A stretch of 64,000 bases of DNA from assembly GCF_037042905.1 (NCBI RefSeq), contig NC_087250.1:8558001-8622000 (forward strand), written 5' to 3'. The position numbers were made by a program, and so were the translations under genes. This DNA is from Lytechinus pictus. Its lineage: Eukaryota. The notes beneath the pieces were generated by a model, which made no database searches, was not told where the DNA came from, and saw nothing but the letters and a program-made list of their open reading frames with translations. Positions 1 through 12,300 of this stretch are shown here, piece after piece. Position 1 is the first letter of the stretch, and the number at the start of each line of letters is the position of its first letter.

Positions 1-2119
1 CTATTTGTATAATTTACGAATTCTTGTTACACTTCAGCTCGCGTCAAGTGCATCTGGAAGTTTGAATGCGAAGTTAACGGACACCAGGGCCCTGTCTTAC
101 TGAGAGTTACGATTGATCCGATTATCCTAAAGTATATGGAAATCCATCAACGTCATAATTTTTTCGTCAGGAAATTTGCACAATGTCCTTTTTATTAACA
201 AAAAAAAGTACACTGAATTTTCAAGAAAATTATGAATGTACATGAAAATATACGTCATATATAGAAAATATTTTGATCAAACATTTGTTTTAGATGTTGA
301 TGTTGCTGGCTTTCCATAGTTTTGGTTGATTGGATCAATCGTAACTCTTTGTAAGACGGGTCCAGATATGTTTGAATCACCCAGGTCGAGTCTCAACGGA
401 GCACAGCTTACCCTAACAGTCATCCTTGAGTACATCTTGGATCCATTTCATAAAACTAGTTATAATAACAAATTTCCATTTGGCAGTCAAAAGCTACTGA
501 AGGCCTTCAATCTGATTGGCTGATAGTCATATAATATAGGAAATTTGTTTTAACAAGCCTTTATGAAACAGTACTCTTGCTAGTCACCATGATTTACAGG
601 GAAGTTGTCATGCTCGGGAAATATCCTAGAACGTAAACGTAATAATAACTTAAGCCATGAAGACATTTCAAAAGTATTTACAAGTACATGTATATACAAG
701 AGATGTAAGACAATTGATACTACAGCAGTTAACATAAATACATCAGGGTCCCTTAGTCCATCGCCTAAATCCACCACTGTTTTTTCTTGTCACTTTCCAC
801 TTGAGATAGGTCCTATATTCAAAATGTTTTACTCACTCACTTTATTCAGTGTCCAAACTGTACTCTGGGACACGATTAGAAAAGTAAATGTCAAATCAAC
901 ATTGAAAGGAACTTGGAGGAGTGAAACCTTTTCTAAATGTTGCACTTACCAGCATTGAATGGTTTGAACCAATACTTAAAGGGGTTCTCCAGGGTTAAAA
1001 AAATATGATTTGAACAGATAAAGAAAAAATAAAAACACCGAAAATTTGATCAAAATCGTACAAGAAATAACAAAGTTATGGCATTTTATTTTGGGATTTG
1101 CACTATTCCGACAGTAAGTTCTATAGGCATGTCTTCATCAATATCCAATACGCATACTGATGATCTCATATCCCCACTTTTTATTTTGTATTTAATTATA
1201 TGAAATTAAATTTATTCAATTATTTTCCTCAAGGACAAAAAAAATGGATTGACAACTGATTCAGTGCATTAGATATTCATTGCTACAACTTATTTCATTA
1301 TAAGGGTATCATAATTATCACTCACTTATGCATGAACAATTATGATTTTCTGTAATGATATTAGAAAAAGGAAAGTGGGGATTGACATCATCAGTCCACC
1401 TAATGAAAATTCATGGCGACGTGCGTATAACTGTTTTCACAATATATTGCTAAAATTTAAAATTCAATAACTTCACTATTTGTTATCAGATTTTGATGTA
1501 ATTTTCAGCATTTTGTTTGTGTAAATTTTACTCTATTTGTTTAAATATAAATATTTTCAGCCCGGAGGATCCGGATTCAGCTTTATGCAAAGTTGAATAT
1601 AAAATTCCGAAAATTTTGTCACTCTTCCAGCCTTTTAAATGTTGATTTCATATTTTAGAGTGAAATTAAGTGAAGTCTCTGAAAAAATGCTTAATTCTCA
1701 ATTTTCTCTCTCTTTTCAATACCCAAAGCGTATTAAGACATACGACCATAGAGATATATACTAATTAAGCTGGGCTGATACTTCCTTGTTGATAAAACCT
1801 TCGGCTGATCATCTTTATCCTGAATACATTAATATGTTACAATGAAATAAAATAAAATACCTCAAAATTTGAAAATTAAGAGGGCAACTTAGAAAAGGCT
1901 GTTTAAAAACATGGCATTGGTGTCAGTCTCATATTGTCTGAAAACAGTCTCCTGATGCCCGTGAAGAACTCTTATCGAGGCAAAAGAAGGTTGCTACCCA
2001 TGTTACAACTGTAAAACCTAGCTTATTCTGAGCTGCCATCAAAATAATTTTGAGGTAGGAGGTTTTTTTTAGACTAACCATGATATATCTCTGTGATTGA
2101 GACCCATCTGGAAGAGGTG

Positions 2120-2560
2120 TCACGCGCGTAAAACATTCCCCATAGACTTGTGTGTTAAAATGGCACTTTTGAAAAATTCATAAAAAATAAATGTGAAACT
2201 AGAGGGTCAAATGTTTACTACCTTCGGATAGGATACATATCTGACATTCCATATCTGACCAGAGAAGGGTATTGTAGCCAGCTCATTTTAAAAATAAATC
2301 GCCATTTATGAAGATAACTATGATGGGATCAAATTCATCAACTGAAACAGTAAAATAGTCCCGATTCTTCCGCCAGTCAAAAAATAGTTCCAAATCATAG
2401 ATATATCTTCCCAATTTGGGCAAAGGAAGTTCTAGAGTTACCATTTCTAGAATCAGTGTTAGATTTTGAATCATATTCATACACTTTTGTCAATCAGCAA
2501 TATCAAATTGAAAAAAATTCGAATGGGTTGGGTCGAACGAATATCTTTTGTCCTCCTGAT
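2120..2560. repeat. Interspersed repeat just 3' of the paralog A stop
   Basis: Inverted copy at about 60600-61066 (same pseudo-ORF NLTLILEMV...) and a split copy at about 40520-41480. Confidence 0.75.
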
Positions 2561-2626
2561 GTAATTAGGCTCATGGAACCAAGAGGGCTTGCAATCACCC
2601 TCCCGTTCTCCCTCTCTCTTCTAACG

Positions 2627-2838
2627 TTATACAGCTTTATTGTCTCCTCGCTTCTTGCATCTGCAACAGATCGCGATGACGATGATCAGGAAGATGACGG
2701 CGAGGATGACCACGACGACGACGATGATGATATTATTTTGTTGCTTCCACCAGGGGACGTCTTCGTAAATTTCGCACAAGGACGACTCCTCGCTATACTC
2801 ATCATCATCATCATCATCATCTTCGGATTCCACATCCC
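2627..2838 (-). CDS. Paralog A last coding exon: acidic stalk, TM helix, tail CCRCKKRGDNKAV*
   Basis: ttgcag| acceptor; poly-Asp stalk; long Ile/Val stretch followed by basic stop-transfer residues; homologous to B 48084-48283. Confidence 0.88.
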
Positions 2839-5800
2839 CTGCAATATTGAAAAAACGGGGGTAAAATGTAGGCATATGGTATTCCAAGAAAAGCAATAAT
2901 AATAATGATAATAATAATAATAATAAGAATGATAATAATAATGATGATGATGATGATAATAATTATGATAATAACAATAATGATATTGCCAATAATACTA
3001 ATAATGATAATATTAACAACAGTAATCATAATGATGATGATGATAATAATAAAATTAATAATATTAATAATACTGATATTAATAATAATGATAACAGCAA
3101 TAATAATAATAATAACAATAGTAATAATAATACAATAGTAATGTTATGGATTGAATACAGATTTTAAAGGGATACTCCATGATAACAGATCCGACAAAAT
3201 CAGACAAACAAAAGACTGAAAAGATTATGAAAATTGGAAAATGCAAGAATCAACATGGGCCTACATGTAGTTATTTTCTACTTCAGGAAGGCATGCAGTT
3301 GTATGTATGGTTCCATAGGTGAGCTGATGATGAAATTTCGCTCACTATTTTATATTCTTTTGAATTTTATCATAACAAACAACGGTAAGTAAAACTTTGT
3401 ATTTGATCATAACGAATTACGTTTATCATTTACTAATTTTGTTTTTAAAAAGCAAAAAAAAAAAAAGAGGAAAAATAGTATTGAACAGTATAGTATACTA
3501 GCAATACAAGCTTTCTGAAATCAGCATTATCAATTGTATTGTGTCTACGGATTAATTTCCACTTATTGAGACCAAACAAAGATTTTTCATATTATACCAA
3601 AGATCAAAAAGAAATCTACTACTTTTTCTCAATGCCAATTAATGTTGCATCAAGAGTTAATAATGAATGAGAAATTGATGAAAACATGTGATATAAAAAT
3701 GAATGACTAGTCACGTGATTTATTTCAGCCAATCACTTGGTTAGGATCCAAATTTACATGTTACAGCACGTCATAATAACCGATCCTACCGTGACACGTG
3801 ATGCCGTCTCCACCCATGAAAAACCCTTCTGCGCAGGTGCAATAGTATCCTCCCACCGTGTTCATACACACGCCGAATTCCACGTCACAAGTGATGTTTT
3901 CACATTCATTGACATCTTGGCAGTATCCTGCGGCGTCTGGTCTGAATCCCTCGTCACACACACAGCTATACATGCCGTTCCTATTGACACACTCGCCGTT
4001 GTCACAGTGGCTGCAGTTTTCAGGAGCTTATGTAGAAACAAGGGGGGGGGGCAACTATATGCATTACATAAACTGGACGGAGCAACAATAACGCGTTGTT
4101 TTGAGGTTACCGGAAACACTTAGAAGTACTTCAAACAGTCAAGCGTGTGCAAAATTCCATACTTTCATTTCTCTCTTGTGTGTAAGTTCTTTCATACGAT
4201 TGGTATGGTCCTATATACTGTTAAATGTGTCATGGGTGCCAGTACACAGCGATATATGTATTCATTTTTTTTCGATGGGAAATCCATATCGGAAAAAGGG
4301 TTATCAAAAGGGCTAAATCAGATGATTAAATAAATGCAATATTAGTGTTAATTGCCAGGTCCGACCTGGAGAAATCCCCAATGGCACTAGGATCATCCTT
4401 TAAAAAAGAACCCAAAATCGCATATCTTAAAAAAAAAACCGCTAGTGACTACTGTTATTGTCTAAAACTCTTTTATTTACCTTTAGAAAAATTGGTTCAA
4501 ATCATTGCCCGAAAACCGATTACCTCGTTTTTTTTTCTATTTAGGTTTCAACATAGCCAAATTAGGCGGGGAAACTGCGAGTTGTCAAGGTTTATTTCCA
4601 ATTGGTCTAATGACAATTTGTCTAATTACCAACTCGTCTATTATCATTTGGTTTATCATCAATTCGTCCAATGTCCACATGGTCTAATGGCCATTTCGTT
4701 CACTCATCATTTCGTCTAACAACCAGTTGGTCCAATAGCCATTTAGTCCATAAACCCTTTGGTCTAATCGGATAAATTATTAGGCGAAAGGAATGAAAAG
4801 AAAATGGGTATTAGGCCAACTGGTGATTAGAAGACGTTATTATTGGACCAAATGGGTCTTAGACAATATGTTGATGGATGGAATGGCATAAGACTAAATG
4901 AAGGAAGACCATGTGGTGTGGTGACCATAAAAGAACTTAAACACAAGAGAGAAATAAAAGTAGAGTTGGCAGTAGACGAACTGGCAATTTACCCCGTGTG
5001 TTGCATATGATTCATCTTCGTGTGTGACACGTTTGTTACGATCTTATGAGCGACTCGGGCTTAACCTGCAACTTGCCGGGTAAGTTCGCGAAAAAGTGTT
5101 CTATTGCAAATAATAATGTACACGCGCGCACTGAATGGGGAGTTTGTGCGAGAAAATCGCGTCAGTAAATGGTACCACCAATTTTCCATAAAATACGTAT
5201 TATTGAAAGAATCGTACTATATCGGTTATGTAATGTTAGGGAGTAATTATATAATTGCGGGCGTGAATTTATACAATCTAATACACTTCATTCGATATAT
5301 CTACAATCTCCATGTAATATCGCCAACAAATAATGGTACCAAACAACACAGATGCAGTGCGCGCGCACACTGGACACATTTTCAATAAGCTAGGGAGCGA
5401 GTTACTCTATAGCAGCAGTTTACAGTTTAAGACCGTAACACACGTTGGTATGTATTGATGACCACAGGTCTTGGTTTGTACTACATTTGTCAATAGGGAG
5501 TTTTCGCAACCACTACGCAGACGCTTCCTTGAACGTTGAGAACCTAATGCAAAAAACCCTTCATATCAGAGAAGCCTTTGTCGAATATCGTTGAATCAAA
5601 ACAGCAGTGCCGTCCTTGACTCTGCACGAACGACATACACGTAACTTTTCGTCAGCTCCGATTCATAGGACGATGTACGTGCTGTCCCGGTTCACCAATT
5701 CTCGACAATGACCTCTCAGCGTTTTTCAGATTTTCAACGTTCTACAGAAAGGGCTGAGTAGTGATTGCGAAAACCTCGTCATTGAACAGTGTGACATGAA

Positions 5801-8800
5801 CACCATATAATACCTACCAGGGCCCCGTTGTATAAGAAGTTACTATTACATTTGGAATTCTCTTCCCCGTAACATCAAACATATTTCATATCTAAATTCC
5901 TTAAAGTCCAAACTGAAAAACTTTCTTTTCAATCATTCAACATCCTAATTTAATTCATCCCTTAATATTTCCTTATCATCATATGTTTATTTTATCAGTA
6001 CAAGTCTTGAATGTCATATTTTACTGTCCATAGGGACTGCCTCGACAGAGCCTTTGTCTTGTTCTTTTGCAGCTTCCCATTTCATGTTCATTTTTATGCA
6101 TGTACTGTAAATAGCCTTGTACAATCTTAGCCCTATTCTTTTCTTTATTTTATCTTACTTGCATCTTACTATGTATCTTTGTTTCTTTTTTCTTAATGTG
6201 TTTTTGTTATTTTTTATATGCTCAATGTCTTTGAATGGACTTGAATAAATCAATAAAAGAAAAAAATGGTAACTTTGCCATCAATGGTAACTACCATGGT
6301 AACGATGATCTACAGCATGCCAGAATCAAGGATTCCATGCAAGTTACTATTGACAGAGTTGCTATAATGGTAACTCTCATGCAACGGGGCCCAGGCCTAT
6401 ACAGAATGTCATTGAGGCTATATTGATATATTTACGTAGATTTATGCATTAACTATCTACAGTAGATCGTAATACAGCATTATTTTCCTAAGAACAAAAA
6501 ACAAATAGAACAAAAAAGAAAAGGCAAGGGAAATGGGGTAAAAAATATATCAATTTCTGAATATTTTGTCAAATTCCAGCACATTGTACTTTTGTATTTA
6601 AATTTATTTATTTTTTGGCTTTTTAGAAATTTTGCCCTACATAACATATCTGACCCCCTTAAACTTTCTGGCTCATTACGTTACTGACTTGAAACTATAT
6701 AGTATGGCTCATAAACCAACGAACTTAGAGGGCAGTAACACATGCTGGGAGGAGAGACCACGGATCTGAATATTGTTTGGATGGGTTCTCTCATGTTGAT
6801 CTATTCAGAAATGGAGTCACCGATGCGGACCGGTCGCCATCAAGGGACCATCAACAAGACATCGGCTCTGCACGAAAAGGCATGGGCTTCCATCATATTT
6901 TTCACCAATACTAAAGAAATGTGAGGTTTTTCAATTTTATTTTGCGCTATAAACTTGTATTAGACTCTTCTTTTTTTTTGGTACTATTAAATCGTGATGA
7001 TAAGGAGAGAACCCCCCCCCCCCGGAAAACCAGTGTTTTTTGAAGGAGAGATAGTCCCGGGAGATAGTCCCATATGTTACCTTTTGTATGAGCGCAGTTA
7101 ATGTTTCACAGAGGATATACTACATAATTTATGTCACCTGGTGGGTGTTTCATAAAACTGTTCGTAAGTTACGAGCGACTTTAAGAACGACTGGTGATCC
7201 TTTCTTGTGGTAAATGATATATTCATTGTCGATGGTTTGGCACGTAAGAAAGGATCACCAGTTGTTTTTAAAGTCGCTCTTAACTTACGAACAGCTTTAT
7301 GAAACGGCCCCCATGCATGGCAAAAAGTCGCCAGGGATGAATTTTCAGTTCAATAGCCTTACTGAAATGAGTAATTCTCAGCTTTGAAATATTATAAAAC
7401 TTACTATACCATTACCAAGAGGAGAACGCTCACTACCATAGAATGTTACATGAGAAACCTTTTGAGAAAACAGGGATTAAAGTTAACAAGTCTATTAAAG
7501 GACATGTACCCTCACACAAAATTGTGCAAGGGTGACAAAAAATAAGATTAGATCTCATTAAAGTTTAGGGGGCTTTTAGTTTGTTCCAAAGTTGGGACAC
7601 TAATTAGGCAAATCCTATTACTTCTTAAGCTATCGATCCAAGGAGGTTTAAAATGAGACGACCGTGTGTTCAAAACGAGGGGGAAACGGGTTTGGTTTAC
7701 TCGAAAGAACAACGTAACCAAAATAAAGAAATTTGATTGAAAGAAACATAATTGGGTATTTATATCCCTAATTAATTATCAAATTAATCAATGCAAAACG
7801 ATAAAAAATAATACTAAGCTGTAAATCATGAAATTTGAAAAAAACGAAAACTTAGAGTAAAAGGGCCTAATAGTAAAATGATAACAATCACAATCATGTA
7901 GGGGCGTCGCAGTCTAGTGGTTAAGACTCTCGTCTTTCAATCCGAAGGTCGTGGGTTCAATTCCCAACCATGGCGTGCGTTCTTCAGCAAGAAATCCACC
8001 CACATTGTGCTGCACTCAACCCAGGTAAAATGAATGGGTACCCGGTAGGAAGAAATTCCTTGAATGCCAGAGCCCATTTCGGCTATAGCCGGGGTAATAA
8101 TAATAATTAAAAACATTATTGTATTGCGCAGTTGAGTATATACATATAGAAATTGCGCAATTATAATGTACAATTATTATTATTATAGTAATGAATATCA
8201 GAAATCATAATTGTATAAAAATAATTGTTCAATGCTGAGGTTTTATGCGGCGAATTCCCCGTAAAAATGACTATCCAGACCATGTAATCAATATAAAAAT
8301 CATTGTGCTTTCATCGTTGTAAAAATGAATCATAATAGTTAATAAAATAGCATAAAAATAATTGTCTTTTCATCGTTGTGAAAATGAATCATAATAGTTA
8401 ATAGAATAGCAAATGTTGTCCGAATTTAGGATTTTTACGAAAGGAACAAATTATTGAATAAAAATTGATATGATACATGATGAAAACGCAACAATCGGCC
8501 TTTTGTACATGAAGTTAAAACTGAATAATTATATGAACAAGGAAAAGACCATTTACAACTGGGACGTAAGGATATCTTCGCAAACACCAAAGTAAATAGA
8601 GGATTAAAAAAAAAAGCAAAAAGAAGAGGGAGGGAATAAATAATATCAAAGTGAAGAGCAGGGAAAACGAAAGAAGGGAGCAATTAAAGAACTCTAAAAA
8701 ATTAAAGATAGTAAAGAAGGTTCAAATAGGCTTTACAAAAAACTATTTAGGAAATAAAAAATAAGTGTAAAAGTGTAAATTGACTGCTGTTACTTAAAGC

Positions 8801-9209
8801 GGACATAGCTTATTTTATATCGGCCCGGGAGATGCGATTTTGGTGTCTAAACCACTGGTTTAAAGGGTTCAAAATAATATATTAGGACATGTTTTAAGGA
8901 CAGTTAGTGGTCTGGTTTGACCAAAAAGTCCAATATGGCTCCCAAAAATTGATTCTAAAATGGCTGTTCATACTTAACATTTAAAATGATATAAGTATTT
9001 ATTTTCTGCGATGCCAAAACACGGGAAAGGCATACCAATCCCGTCGACGACATGCAAAGCAAACGGCTTCGTTATTTGTGTTGATGGTCCTAAGATGGCG
9101 GGCGATGGCTTCACCGCCCATCCACAGATAGTGTAGAGATCAGTGTGAGAGACCTGTGGGTCATAGTGATTTAGTTCGCTTTTCGCCTCCCAAGCACAGG
9201 TGACACAAA

Positions 9210-9262
<53 letters not shown>

Positions 9263-9279
9263 TACTACTACTACTACCG

Positions 9280-9342
<63 letters not shown>

Positions 9343-12300
9343 TTACTACTTCTACTACGACATATACTACTTCTACGATCACTACTACTATACTACTACT
9401 TCTTCTTCTTCTACTACTATTACCACCAAATCTACTACTACTTCTCCTAATACTACTTCTACTACTACTACTACTAGTTATAATAATAAGGAAAGTAATA
9501 CCTAAGCACGTGACGTTATCGTCTGCAAGGAGGTATCCGCCTTCACATCCACACACAGCCGATCCATTGACGTACAAACATACGCCACGAATATAATCGC
9601 AAGGGTAGTGTTCACCGCTTGCTTCACAAAGATTAGTGTCTGCAAGAAAACGAAATAGAAGTGCCGTGGCCGAGGGGTTTAAGGGGCTTAATAGGAGACC
9701 CTCGGGTCGGGGGATCGATTCCCATCACGGTACTTATGCCCTTGAGCAAGGCATTTTTTTCCCACATTGATGTTGTATCGTACATGAAATAAATGAAAAT
9801 GCCATATGCATTATGAATACCAATCTGTGGACTTGTTAAAAAACAAACAAACAAACATGGAATCGATGGTGGAGCTTACAAACGTAGAGGGCGTCAACAC
9901 TGCTGCGAAATATTGACGCCCCCTACGTTGGTTGATGGAGCCACAGAGGCTTCACTGAGACGAGGTTCTGACCCCCCCCCCCCCCCGTGGGTTCAAGTCC
10001 TTCTCTGGACGTCAATTTCCTTCAACAAGATTTTTAGTCATATTCTGCTGCAGTCAACCCAGGTGAGTTAAAAGGGAGGCCCTAATTGTATTTTATCCTA
10101 ATTGATTACAAACCAATGGAGATTTCAGAATAAATCTTTGAAATTCAAATAACCGTCGGAATTTGAATGGTCTGTATTGACAGTCAAACTCAAATTCAAA
10201 TTCAAATTTATTTATTTCACTTCTATCAAACAAAAACAAATTGTATACCATATATAACCATAAATATTGGTATCCGTTGCAAAAAAAAAAAATAATACAT
10301 ATGTTGTGAAAAAAAAACACTTAGACAATTTGGGCAACACATTGTAGGTTTTAAATATGTATACTATTTTTCAATAAAAATAAATTAAGATGGAAATGGA
10401 GGGACCCACTAAAAAGCAATGCTTGTACAAAGTGGGCCCCTCAAAAAATAGATAACACAACAAATAACAAAATAACAAAGTACAAATACAGATATATGTA
10501 ATCAAATGAGAAAAAAAAATAAATGAGAGATAAATAATACTCACAAAATAAATACGAAGTTATCAAAAAATATAGTTTGATATAGGACAAAACAACCCGT
10601 CCTAAAATATATCCACCCTTCCCCACCCCACCCCCCAGAAAAAGAGAAGAAAAAAGGGGAGAATGCCCTGAGAAGATGGATGGGTGCTGCTGAACGTAGG
10701 TAGAATATATGCCATCGTGGACTCAAGCAAACGGGGTCCGGTTTCAAATAACTTGTTATGATAACAAATTTCCAGCAGCAATGCAAAGCTAACAGAAATC
10801 ATCTCATATCATTGGCTGATAGTAAATTTGTTATAAAAATTGTGCATTGTTTACTATTATCATGATCTATTGCAAAACAGAACCTTAGATTTATCTTTAA
10901 AAAAGTTTTATATATTTTTTAAGGCCTACTCACGGGTATGGGGTTCAACTGTCGCTCCACTGCCCGTGCCGTTCCCGGTGAGATTCGTTGCGACACACTC
11001 ATAGTTATATATTGTACTGACGCACTGAAGGCCAGGCTCACAAGGCGATGGATGGCACAAGTCAACTTGAATATAGACATAATATTTACAGAAACGAGTA
11101 ATGACATGATTAATTTTTACAATAATTATAAGTTGATGATAGAGTATTTTTTTTAATCTGACGATATGAAATGAAAATATACTATTTACCATGTTTATGG
11201 AAAAAAAAATAGGCCTGGGAAATGTTCCCATGTTGTCTGTATAGGTGTTTCTCCTTTTATTGATAAATATCAATTACGCGTTCACAATAATGACTAAACG
11301 GACAAACAAATCAAATCATTGATCGAATTAAAAACGTGACATTTACAGAATAGTAACGATTAAAAAAATAGGCTACAAGGAAGAGCAAATAATTGGGATG
11401 CAGTGGGCAGCTATGGTAAGCAAAAAACTCGAACGAATAGCAGCCATGTTTAGCTGTGACCAGGGTCCGTCTCATAAAACTTCTTATAATAACAGCTTTG
11501 CAATAACAGTTAATAGATATATACTGAAATCCTTCAATCTGATTGGCTGATAGTAAATTTGTTATAGAAACTGTGTGCATTTGTTATTACAACAGGTATT
11601 TTATGAAATGGGTCCAAGAAGTGTAGCGGATTTGTTGGTGATTTTGAGTTTCATTCTTTAGTGACTATTGGGTGATTCCATGCTAGAAAAATCAGCCATT
11701 TTCACATCATTTTTCAACCTGCTGTCCAAACGAACTAAGAACTTCAATTTGCTTTGTGGTAATATTAATGTACTACTGGGTAGACATGCCAAAAAAAACA
11801 CCCAACGAAAATATGTTGTCCATAGGTGAATTAGAACTTAAAATATTGCGTGTCGTACGGGACATTTCTGCGTCCCGTGTGACACACAACATTTTCACCT
11901 ATAATCTACCCATAATAATTTTTTTTTGTGTTGGTTATTAGTTTTTCACGTGACTACCCACTATAGCTTTACCATTGACAAAAGAGAATATTTTATTGCT
12001 TAAGCATTCGGCTAGGAAACTAGAAATTGTTGTCAAAATGTCCCGTACGAAACGTATGGAATCGCCTTATTACGACTTTTGGTACAACATAGAAGAAAAT
12101 ATTTGTTTTTTTTATGTGAGAAAAAATGTCCCGAACTATGACCAAATAGTGTTTTCAATCACTTCATTTGCTCGTAAGCCACATTCAGATGCACACTCAG
12201 CATTTTTACTTGTTCACCCTGCATCTTGAGCAAGATCAAATAAACGCTCTCATATCACTCCAATCTTGAATTCGCTGCACTGGCACCCTATAAAAAATCG

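Noticed and set aside
2283..2480. Repeated ORF NLTLILEMV... (also 60708-60893)
   Set aside because: Part of an interspersed repeat; no splice or domain support.
2817..3138. Poly-Ile/Met, poly-Tyr and poly-Val ORFs (also 9161-9577, 45241-45480, 54324-54587)
   Set aside because: Translations of trinucleotide microsatellites.
7901..7975. tRNA genes (also about 9661, 20386, 23573)
   Set aside because: A/B boxes continue into SINE-like bodies (shared, with a simple-repeat tail, in three copies) and the cloverleafs are degenerate, so these are SINE heads.
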